Below are positions 30,541 to 38,315 of a stretch of DNA of 64,000 nucleotides, piece after piece. The position numbers were made by a program, and so were the translations under genes. The DNA is taken from the NCBI GenBank assembly GCA_043811535.1, contig JBDRNC010000039.1, positions 64,001 through 128,000 on the forward strand, given 5' to 3'. Below the pieces are notes generated by a model. That model was given only the letters and a program-made list of their open reading frames with translations. It was not told the DNA's origin and ran no database searches. Position 1 is the first letter of the stretch. The number at the start of each line of letters is the position of its first letter. This DNA is from Elusimicrobiota bacterium. Its GTDB lineage: Bacteria; Elusimicrobiota; Endomicrobiia; Endomicrobiales; JBDRNC01.

Positions 30541-31689
30541 TCACTCCTTTGAAATGTTATCAGCGACTATATCCCAGAAGTATTTTTCCGGGGATCCCGA
30601 AGTTTTTATGTATTTATCCTTGTATTCGGAGTATTTGGAAGTGTTGACCGCGCGCTGCACGTTGATGTCGATATTCTTTATTGATGCGGCGTCTACCGGC
30701 GTTTTCCCGAGATTCTCCGCGAAATTCCTAATAAATCCGTAAAACACCTTGCTTTTTAATATCTCCGGCAGCATGAATATAACCGGCTTATTGAAAAGAA
30801 CGGCGAAATTCAATGAAGTGCTTGCGTGAGTGACGACTATTTCTGCGTTCGCGACAAGATTGATCGTGTTTGACTGTATGATCTTGCGCCCGTTGAAACG
30901 GTTCCCCACTTTATCGTACCTGGCCCTGGGGTGCGCGGCTATGACAACCGGGATTTTAAGGAGTTTCTCCAGCTCCGAAAGCATGAGATTCACTTCATCG
31001 TAATACAAGGAAGGATCATTGAAAGGATTCTTGTAGGCGCCGGCGACGAGAAAATCCGGATGATATGGCAGATACTCGTCCAGAAATACCGCGTAGCTCC
31101 CTTTCACTAGCGGTTCGGGCCTGTTGGCTTTGAATTCCAGATACAGGTCGTAGTCAAGAGTATGCCCCAATACCGTGACTGTGTCCTTGCCGGGACGCGG
31201 CAATGCCTCCAAAAATGCCCTTCCGCCGGCCAAAATGTAATCGGGGATCCTTATCTTCCTATATTTGAATTTTGTCATTGCCTGCGTAACGGCGTTATAA
31301 ACTTTTCTTTTCAGGCTGGTCCTGGGAAAAGGCACGGCGTTTGTGTGCAAGCTCGCGTAAGGCAGACCGTATTTGGTCAACAGCTTAAAGACGGGATATG
31401 TTTCCTTTCTGCCGATCAGCAAATCAATGTATATTGTCTTTTCCCTGTCGCAGTTTTTCAGCGTTTGTTCAAGCTCCGCCAGCGAAGTGAATACGCGGGT
31501 ATTTTTGCACTCAAAACGGTTGATTGTCACGGATTTTACGTAATCGGGATTCAAAATATCCGTAAGGTCAAAATATGAAACATTGAAACCGCGCGATTCA
31601 AGCAGGCGCGCGCCGAATCTCCTGTAATCCCTTTCGGATAAAGGCGTCGGGATGAGAAAATTAATGTTTTCAGGTTTCATATAAAACAT
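30541..31689 (-). CDS. Hypothetical protein; candidate ulosonate transferase
   Basis: HTLDYD, VFLDE, HPD, AAHPR, THASTSLNFAVL..KP; ends the short-NeuB module. Confidence 0.45.
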   Translation of the reverse strand: MFYMKPENINFLIPTPLSERDYRRFGARLLESRGFNVSYFDLTDILNPDYVKSVTINRFECKNTRVFTSLAELEQTLKNCDREKTIYIDLLIGRKETYPVFKLLTKYGLPYASLHTNAVPFPRTSLKRKVYNAVTQAMTKFKYRKIRIPDYILAGGRAFLEALPRPGKDTVTVLGHTLDYDLYLEFKANRPEPLVKGSYAVFLDEYLPYHPDFLVAGAYKNPFNDPSLYYDEVNLMLSELEKLLKIPVVIAAHPRARYDKVGNRFNGRKIIQSNTINLVANAEIVVTHASTSLNFAVLFNKPVIFMLPEILKSKVFYGFIRNFAENLGKTPVDAASIKNIDINVQRAVNTSKYSEYKDKYIKTSGSPEKYFWDIVADNISKE

Positions 31690-31694
31690 TCCGG

Positions 31695-32576
31695 TTATTT
31701 ATGTATGCAAGCTATCAGCGTGTCGCACTGCCCGATCGACGCCAATTGTTTTTCGTAAGCGGCGTGCAGGTCGGGTGAATCAAGAAAACTCCATTTCTGA
31801 TGCCCGCCCGGAGCGTTGCAGGCCAGCCAGTGGAGATGATTTGAAAGCGGATATCTCTGGATCTGTTTGACGTATTTCACCTTATAGCCCGCCTGCCCGG
31901 CAAGTGTTTGCAGCGTTCCGGGCGTGAACAAGTACAGGTGGCAGCTCCAGTAGGTGAACAGTGAAAAGGCTTCGTTCTTGTAAAGGGCCAGGAGCGCGTC
32001 GTTGGCGTGCGGGACTTCAATTATGATCTGGCCGTCGTTAGAAAGGTATTTTGACAGGTTTTCAAGGACTTTGCGCGGGCCAGGGAGGTGTTCCAGCACA
32101 TGGAACAGGGTGATCGTGTCGATCTTTTCATTTTTCGGGAGCTGCTCCAGTTTTTCGTATACCTTCAGGGAATTCCCGGTAAAATGCTGGCGCAGGCGTT
32201 TTTCGGGTTCTATGCCCATGGCGGAACGGCACAAATTCTTCGCTTTCATCAGGAACCCGCCGGCGCCGCACCCAAAATCCAGCAGGACCTTATTTGTGAT
32301 GAAAGGCTTGCAGAAATTGTAGCGCCGTTCATCGTCAAACTCTATCTCGTTGAGCCAGTGCCGTATCGCGACTTGATGATCCTGCCCGTGCATCTCGGAA
32401 TTTGAATAAAACTCTTCATTGATGTGCGTCATCGGGTACAGATAGACAAGACCGCATCCGCCGCATTCAAAAACGCTGATGGAGCCGTTGTCTCTCACCT
32501 TGCCCGGGCGCTTAAAGTGTTTCTCGGAGCCACACAAATAGCAGAGCGGTTTTTCTGATTTAGCTTTGTTTGTCAT
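31695..32576 (-). CDS. Class I SAM-dependent methyltransferase with N-terminal Zn-binding CxxC pairs
   Basis: CYLC...CGGC, LLDFGCGAG, FHVLEH, HLYLF. Confidence 0.9.
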   Translation of the reverse strand: MTNKAKSEKPLCYLCGSEKHFKRPGKVRDNGSISVFECGGCGLVYLYPMTHINEEFYSNSEMHGQDHQVAIRHWLNEIEFDDERRYNFCKPFITNKVLLDFGCGAGGFLMKAKNLCRSAMGIEPEKRLRQHFTGNSLKVYEKLEQLPKNEKIDTITLFHVLEHLPGPRKVLENLSKYLSNDGQIIIEVPHANDALLALYKNEAFSLFTYWSCHLYLFTPGTLQTLAGQAGYKVKYVKQIQRYPLSNHLHWLACNAPGGHQKWSFLDSPDLHAAYEKQLASIGQCDTLIACIHK

Positions 32577-32597
32577 GTCAATCTCCTTGCACTGAAA

Positions 32598-33413
32598 TCA
32601 AAAACCTGTGGGCACGCCCCAGAATTCGCAGGCGCTGCAAAGCGGTATTTTCTTCCTGTTGCCTTCAACATGATATTTCAGCCATTCAAGCCGTTTGGGG
32701 CTGTTCCAGATATCCGACAGGGGTGTTTTCAGGCAATTGCCGAGTATGCCTGTTCCCTTGGGGTCAAAGCGGACGCATATGGAAACGTCGCCGTTGCGGC
32801 GGATGACCATGTGGTTGAGAAAATCGAGGCAGATGCCTATTTCAGGGACCGTCGGATTCCTTTTTTGATAGTTAAAGCTTCCCATTGGAGAATGAAGAAT
32901 GCGGGTGGCGATAGTACAGCCGAATTTTCTGTATTTTTCGATATCCATGTTACCGAGACACCTGATGATCACGTTCGGTTTCTTTGTTCCCTTGATCTTC
33001 AGGAATTTCTCTATCAGTTCGTACTGTTTTTCGCTCTCTTCATCGTTCTCAAACGTCGAGATAGTCAAGGTGTCCAGGTTATCTATGATATCGCCGGCTC
33101 TCTCAACCATGAGTATGCCGTTAGTATCCATGCAGCGTATCTGCCTTTTAAAAAGCTGTGAAGCTTCCTTAAAACGGGGATACAGCAGGGGATCGCCGTT
33201 ATTGTGCAGCTGAACGACTATACCGTCGGGCAATTGTTTTGCTATGCGCTCAACAAGACCGAATTCCATATCGCCGTATGACAGGGCTATCCCGGGGTAG
33301 TCCCTGTCCACCTTCCGCCTGCCGCACATCCAGCAGTTCTTGTTGCAGCGGTTCGTTAATTCAACATTGACAGTGGTTAATCCGTCGAAACATTTATTCA
33401 TTTCTGTTTCCAT
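32598..33413 (-). CDS. Radical SAM protein with SPASM/twitch domain (compact, 271 aa)
   Basis: CNKNCWMC and GDPLLYP; C-terminal CLD...GDVSIC...CSAC. Confidence 0.9.
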   Translation of the reverse strand: METEMNKCFDGLTTVNVELTNRCNKNCWMCGRRKVDRDYPGIALSYGDMEFGLVERIAKQLPDGIVVQLHNNGDPLLYPRFKEASQLFKRQIRCMDTNGILMVERAGDIIDNLDTLTISTFENDEESEKQYELIEKFLKIKGTKKPNVIIRCLGNMDIEKYRKFGCTIATRILHSPMGSFNYQKRNPTVPEIGICLDFLNHMVIRRNGDVSICVRFDPKGTGILGNCLKTPLSDIWNSPKRLEWLKYHVEGNRKKIPLCSACEFWGVPTGF

Positions 33414-33434
33414 GAGCGGCGCGCCCCGCCGGCA

Positions 33435-34100
33435 TTAAAGAGATTTTTTTCCGAAGCCGACAAGCATCAGTTCCCTTGACCATCTGAAGAATTTATTTTT
33501 TGTCCGGACCGGCACGAACGGCGCGATAATATCGCACAGAATATTCAGCGCGGGATACTTCCATACTGCGGGAAGCTGCCTGAATTTGAAGCATTTGACA
33601 TCGGTAAATCCGTGTATCTTGTAGATATCTTCAAGCGAATATTTTGTGAATGGCGTCCTGTGGGAATAGTCATCGAAATATATCTTGTAATTGGCTTCCC
33701 AATCGGGGACAAGCGTGAGCATTATTCCGCCCGGCTTCAGGATCCTGTACGCCTCCTTCATGTACTTTTCGGGATAGTAGAGATGCTCAATGAAGGATTT
33801 TGAATAAACGACGTCAAAAACCGAATCCCCGAACGGTATCCCCTCTTTTTCGATGTCGCATATCTTGATCGACAAATCCGGCTGGTACTTTGCCGCGCTT
33901 TCAACGATATCTATTCCGGAAACGTCAAGGCCGGCGTCCTTAAAGTGCCTCAAGTGTTCCCCTCTGCCGCAGCCAGCCTCAAGGAACTTTGAGCCTTTTT
34001 TTATGTTAAAGGCGTTTATCAAATAATTGCACAGCCTCGCGGGATAATCCGTGTAGGGCCTTTGCTTCTCATCATAAACGACTTTCAAATAATCAGCCAT
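33435..34100 (-). CDS. Class I SAM-dependent methyltransferase
   Basis: LEAGCGRG, GIDI, FDVVYSKSFIEH, LKPGG. Confidence 0.9.
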   Translation of the reverse strand: MADYLKVVYDEKQRPYTDYPARLCNYLINAFNIKKGSKFLEAGCGRGEHLRHFKDAGLDVSGIDIVESAAKYQPDLSIKICDIEKEGIPFGDSVFDVVYSKSFIEHLYYPEKYMKEAYRILKPGGIMLTLVPDWEANYKIYFDDYSHRTPFTKYSLEDIYKIHGFTDVKCFKFRQLPAVWKYPALNILCDIIAPFVPVRTKNKFFRWSRELMLVGFGKKSL

Positions 34101-34101
34101 T

Positions 34102-34539
34102 TTATATTTCCTCTACGACTTCGAGTATTATCCCGTCCGGATCGTGGCAGTACATCACCTTTGCGCGTCCGTCCGGCGACAACTGAGGCTTATTGACGCA
34201 GTGATATCCGCGTTTCTTCATTTTATCGTAAAACGTGCCGATATTGTCTACGGTGAACGCCACGTGCGAGCAACCGGGTTTATCTGACCTGTAATTGGAA
34301 ACCCTTTTTTTCGGCCCTTTCTTATTCATATACTGCAATAACTCTATCACCGAGCCGTTCCCGGCCTTCAGCTTCGCCCATTTTATCTTTACGTTCCGGA
34401 TCCCGACGACTTTTTCAATATAAGCGCCTTTTTCGGCGCGGGTCTTCCACAGCTTCATGCCGAGGAAGTCCCTGTAGAACCTTATGGAATTCCTTAAATT
34501 CTTGACTACAAGGCCGGTATGGCGGATATTCAGCATCAT
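34102..34539 (-). CDS. VOC/glyoxalase family protein
   Basis: HTGLVV, FY..LG, IELLQY, HVAFTV, DPDG..LEV. Confidence 0.9.
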   Translation of the reverse strand: MMLNIRHTGLVVKNLRNSIRFYRDFLGMKLWKTRAEKGAYIEKVVGIRNVKIKWAKLKAGNGSVIELLQYMNKKGPKKRVSNYRSDKPGCSHVAFTVDNIGTFYDKMKKRGYHCVNKPQLSPDGRAKVMYCHDPDGIILEVVEEI

Positions 34540-35918
34540 TTTGTTCCTATACTTTCATTTATTGATTCCTCAAAAACGGCGAGCCCTTCAAGGAGCGCGG
34601 CCTTATTAATGGAAAGCGGCGGCCCGAGTTTAATTGATTCGCGCCCGGTATGGACCACGATAAGCCCTTTCTGCATGCATTTCTCCGCTATCTTGTCGCA
34701 TAGAGACGACAGCGGTTTGCCTGCGGGATCAGTGAAAACTACTCCGGCAACCAATCCCTTGCCGAGTATATAACTCATATGTTTCGGATAACGGTTCTTG
34801 ATCTCATTAAGACGCTCATGGAACAACACTCCCAGTTTTCTGGAATTTTCGATTAGACCGTCCTTCAGCAGGGCCTCAAGGTTCGCCTTCCCCGCGGCGC
34901 ACGTCATCGGGTTAGCCGAATGAGTCGAGCTCATCGAGCCGATATCGGCGACATCCATTATCTTCCTGCTTCCGAGCACAATCGAAAGCGGCAGGCTGGA
35001 GCTCGCTCCCTTGCCGCAGCAGATAATATCCGGTTTGACGCCGTAATGCATGTAGCCGAACAATTTTCCTGTTCTGCCAAAACCCGCCTGCATTTCATCG
35101 AATGCGAGCAGGATACCGTTCATTCGCGCGAATCGTTCGATCTCCTTTACGAATTCGACGGGATAGAATACGGCTCCCCAGCCCTGGAAGGTCTCGAGCA
35201 TGAAGCCGCAGATATCCTTCTTCGGGTCGAGTTTCTTTGTTTTCAGCAGGCGTTCAAGGTTATCGCGGAAATACTTCCGCGGGTTCTTCACCGCTTCTTT
35301 TCTCCAGGGATACGGGAAGGGCAGGTGGTATATGTTCGGGTCCAGATATCCGATCCATTCCTTCTGTTTCGGGTTGTAGCTCAGCATCTGGGCGCCCATT
35401 GTGCGGCCGTGCCAGTTCCCTTCGAAGGCGATGATGCCGGGGCGTCTTTTCCCGTTTTTCCGGCCGGTCATGCGCATTAATTTAAGGCCCGTTTCCGTTG
35501 CTTCGGTGCCGGCGGATATGAGGTATGCCTTTTCAAATTGCTTAGGTGTATTTTCAATAAGGTATTTTAGGTATTCGGCTCTTTCACGGCTGGCGTACGT
35601 ATACGTGTGCAGGAGAGGTTTCTTCAGGGTTTTCTCTACGGCGCTGATTATCCTCTTGTTGCCGTGACCCGCGTTGGTTACGAAAATCGTGCTCGTAAAA
35701 TCGATCCATTTATTACCCCAAAAATCGTGTACCTGAAAACCTTCGGCCTTTTTCCAGACTATCGGGAGCTGGCCGTGCATTGAGGTTGATTCATATTTAT
35801 CTATCATTTTCAGTATCTTCAGGCTTCGGGGAACCGGTATCTTCGTCGCGATCCTGCGAAACCTAGTATTTATTGTTGGAACTTTCTTCGGAGTTGTGCT
35901 GAAATTGTGGCCGGGCAT
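34536..35918 (-). CDS. Class III PLP-dependent aminotransferase
   Basis: D.WGN..IDF, AGTEA, WHGRT, FDEMQAGFGRTG, PDIICCGK. Confidence 0.93.
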   Translation of the reverse strand: MPGHNFSTTPKKVPTINTRFRRIATKIPVPRSLKILKMIDKYESTSMHGQLPIVWKKAEGFQVHDFWGNKWIDFTSTIFVTNAGHGNKRIISAVEKTLKKPLLHTYTYASRERAEYLKYLIENTPKQFEKAYLISAGTEATETGLKLMRMTGRKNGKRRPGIIAFEGNWHGRTMGAQMLSYNPKQKEWIGYLDPNIYHLPFPYPWRKEAVKNPRKYFRDNLERLLKTKKLDPKKDICGFMLETFQGWGAVFYPVEFVKEIERFARMNGILLAFDEMQAGFGRTGKLFGYMHYGVKPDIICCGKGASSSLPLSIVLGSRKIMDVADIGSMSSTHSANPMTCAAGKANLEALLKDGLIENSRKLGVLFHERLNEIKNRYPKHMSYILGKGLVAGVVFTDPAGKPLSSLCDKIAEKCMQKGLIVVHTGRESIKLGPPLSINKAALLEGLAVFEESINESIGTK

Positions 35919-36664
35919 TATCTGCCTCCGTTCGGAAAATGCTTTTTCAGGTAATCAAGAAGAACGCTTCCGTTCCTTTTCAGCTCGTATTCCAGATAAT
36001 CGAAATCTTCCATGGAATCCACTTCAACGCAGAACGGGGATTCAAAGCCTATCATTTTGTCGCCGTGGAGCAGGTTGTTTTTCATGATGAACGATGCCTT
36101 AAGAACGTCCACGTATCCGTCCGGAATGTAAGCGTCCGGGAAGCCCTGGCGGGCCGAATTGGCTTCATCCGTGGTCAATCCTTTCAGAAGAGGCACGAAA
36201 TATCCTTCCTTGTCCTTTTTGAACCATTTAAAAGGCGATTCCGGGGCGATATGTCCCGACCTCAGCGACGTTGCGGCCGGATTCTTTACAATCTCATTAA
36301 TAGCCTTATCGATTATTTTATGGTCGCGCAAGGGAGTCGTGGGACGCAGGTGGGCCCAGTATTCGGGAACCTGCTTCTCATTCTTGCCGAACCAGTCGAG
36401 CGCGTGAAGCATGAAATCCAGGTCCGTTGATTTATCACCGGCAAGCTCCGCGGGCCTCCTGAAAGGCGCTTCGGCGCCGTATTTGACCGAAATATCAGCA
36501 ATTTCGTCGGAATCTGTGGAAACGATAATCCTGTCAATTCCAGCTGAAAGCTTCGCGGCAATAATGGAATAGGCGATTAGCGGATATCCGGCAAGCAGAC
36601 GGATATTCTTTCCCGGCACGCCTTTTGAACCACCCCTGGCTGGTATTATCGCGGCAGCTTTCAT
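35918..36664 (-). CDS. Acylneuraminate cytidylyltransferase (NeuA-like)
   Basis: IPARGGSKGVPGKN, VSTDS, RPAELA.D, LRPTTPLR. Confidence 0.93.
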   Translation of the reverse strand: MKAAAIIPARGGSKGVPGKNIRLLAGYPLIAYSIIAAKLSAGIDRIIVSTDSDEIADISVKYGAEAPFRRPAELAGDKSTDLDFMLHALDWFGKNEKQVPEYWAHLRPTTPLRDHKIIDKAINEIVKNPAATSLRSGHIAPESPFKWFKKDKEGYFVPLLKGLTTDEANSARQGFPDAYIPDGYVDVLKASFIMKNNLLHGDKMIGFESPFCVEVDSMEDFDYLEYELKRNGSVLLDYLKKHFPNGGR

Positions 36665-37515
36665 CTCGCGCTTTCTCCTTCAAGCGGGATATGCGCCCTC
36701 AGTTTCTTCGCGATTGGCACTTCTTTGGGATGTATCACGACTTTCCCGTCACCCATGGCTTTTTCGATCTTTCTGATGGCGCCCACCAAGCTCCGCAGTC
36801 CGGCCGGTTCTATTGATGCCGCCTGATCGGAGCCGTACATCGCTCTGTCCAGGGTTATGTGCCTTTCAAGAGAAGTGATGCCAAGAGCCGCCGCCGCGTA
36901 TGACACGGCAAGTCCCACTTCATGCCCGCTGTACCCTACGTCGCATTTATAGCGGTCTTTCAGCGTCTGTATGCAATTAAGGTTCGCGTCCTCGTCGTCC
37001 ATCGGATAAGTTGAAAGGCAGTGCATGAGCTCGAAAGGGCAACTCGCTGCCTTAAATATTTCGACGGCACGGTCGATCGCCTTGAAATCGCTCATCCCGG
37101 TAGAGATGAATGTGTATTTTTTTTCGGACGCGACCTCTTTCAGCAAGTTCTCGAAAACAAGCATCGCGGACGCCACTTTATTGTATTTGCAGTTAAACTG
37201 GCGCAGGAATTTCTGGCTTTCGATGTCCCACGCCGAAGCGAACCATTCAATGCCTATCTCCTTGCAGTACCTGTCTATTTCCTTGTATTCTTTCAGGCCG
37301 AATTCAAGTCCTTCTTTCTGCGCGCGTTGCGTTTTTCCCCACGGGCTTTCTCTTAATGAATCCAATAATTCTTTCGTGTAAACCAGGTCGATAGTGCGTT
37401 TCTGGAACTTCACGGCGTCGCAGCCGGCGTCCTTCGCGACCTTGATCAGTTCTTTGGCGATACCAATATCGCCGTTGTGATTGATACCCGCTTCCGCAAT
37501 GATGAAAATTGACAT
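36661..37515 (-). CDS. Short NeuB-family ulosonate synthase lacking the SAF domain
   Basis: IIAEAGINHNG, VKFQKR, GYSGHE, ERHITLDR..GSDQ; ends at KKLR without a SAF domain. ATG 37515 follows an AAGGAG SD. Confidence 0.92.
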   Translation of the reverse strand: MSIFIIAEAGINHNGDIGIAKELIKVAKDAGCDAVKFQKRTIDLVYTKELLDSLRESPWGKTQRAQKEGLEFGLKEYKEIDRYCKEIGIEWFASAWDIESQKFLRQFNCKYNKVASAMLVFENLLKEVASEKKYTFISTGMSDFKAIDRAVEIFKAASCPFELMHCLSTYPMDDEDANLNCIQTLKDRYKCDVGYSGHEVGLAVSYAAAALGITSLERHITLDRAMYGSDQAASIEPAGLRSLVGAIRKIEKAMGDGKVVIHPKEVPIAKKLRAHIPLEGESAR

Positions 37516-37534
37516 TTTCGACTCCTTGAACACC

Positions 37535-37651
37535 TTATGTGTTCCTATTAGATTGCCTTATGTGAAATCCGCCGTGGCGGATTGACACCTGCTTTATGTG
37601 TTCCTATTAGATTGCCTCATGCGACCCCGCCGTTGGCGGGGGGACACCTGC
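37535..37651. repeat. Tandem duplication of a 58-bp unit containing a GC-rich hairpin
   Basis: Copies at 37535-37592 and 37594-37651 share TTATGTGTTCCTATTAGATTGCCT and GACACCTGC. Hairpins are AATCCGCC-GT-GGCGGATT and CCCCGCC-GTT-GGCGGGG. Confidence 0.9.
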
Positions 37652-37663
37652 CTGCCAAAAATA

Positions 37664-38203
37664 CTATGCCCCGTAATAGAAAAGACCCGATTCGGCAAGA
37701 TAATGAGTCAGGTCTATTGTCTGCTGCGCGTCTTTTGACTGGAAAATCAGCTCCGCTGTATCTGTTTTCCCCGTATGCTTTATTCTATGGTATTTAATTT
37801 CGGGATTGGCCAGATTCTGGAAGGCTATTTCCGTGATATCGGCCAGGTCGGCGTCGCCGGATATGGTGAATTCTTTCACGCCTTCCTTGAAGTGTATGGT
37901 GATCAGTTCCTGCAGTTTCTGCTTGGTTGACTTGAAAAGACTGATGGTTTTAAGCGTGAAATTATAGGACTTTCTGGCTTTCTCGCTGAAACCCTTTGAA
38001 GTCAAAATGTATTGAATTTTCTTCTGGTTCAGTTGTTTCGCCTTGATATACCCCCTCTTGATAAGGCGCTTAATGATAAGGTTTGTCAGGCCGAGCGAAA
38101 TCCCCGTCCTGTTAGCGAGCATCCGCTGGTCGGGAAGGTGGTTCTTGTGTATCTCTGAAATGATAGCGAATTCTTTTTCGGATATTTCAATATTGTTGCC
38201 CAT
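37664..38203 (-). CDS. Winged-helix (MarR-like, EPS-locus-associated) transcriptional regulator
   Basis: QRMLA..TGISLGLTN..IKRL..RGYIK and YILT.KG..EKA. ATG 38203 follows an AAGGAG SD. Confidence 0.9.
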   Translation of the reverse strand: MGNNIEISEKEFAIISEIHKNHLPDQRMLANRTGISLGLTNLIIKRLIKRGYIKAKQLNQKKIQYILTSKGFSEKARKSYNFTLKTISLFKSTKQKLQELITIHFKEGVKEFTISGDADLADITEIAFQNLANPEIKYHRIKHTGKTDTAELIFQSKDAQQTIDLTHYLAESGLFYYGA

Positions 38204-38241
38204 GTTCACTCCTTGAACGATTAGTGTTCAACTATTGAACA
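38203..38241. promoter_or_regulatory. Two tandem palindromic operator-like sites TGTTCA-N5-TGAAC(A/G)
   Basis: TGTTCACTCCTTGAACG (38203-38219) and TGTTCAACTATTGAACA (38225-38241), spaced 22 bp apart. Confidence 0.7.
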
Positions 38242-38269
38242 GTATAACTCAAAATACAAGGATTGTCAA
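38241..38269 (-). promoter_or_regulatory. Sigma70-type promoter
   Basis: Minus strand TTGACA (38269-38264), 17-nt spacer, TATACT (38246-38241). Confidence 0.85.
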
Positions 38270-38315
38270 GAGGTTTTTAAGAAAAAAATAGCGGGATTAG
38301 AAGGGAATATACGGA

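Noticed and set aside
7716..33413. RiPP interpretation of the rSAM/SPASM genes
   Set aside because: No precursor peptide, RRE domain, peptidase or peptide transporter seen; the context is nucleotide-sugar metabolism.
37535..37651. Possible mini-CRISPR array (24-bp repeat + ~35-bp spacer)
   Set aside because: Only two repeats, the 'spacers' are homologous to each other, and no cas genes are present; it is a tandem duplication.
38215..38229. LexA box reading of GAAC...GTTC
   Set aside because: Spacing is N7 rather than the N4 of the Gram-positive SOS box, and the TGTTCA-N5-TGAACA reading fits better.
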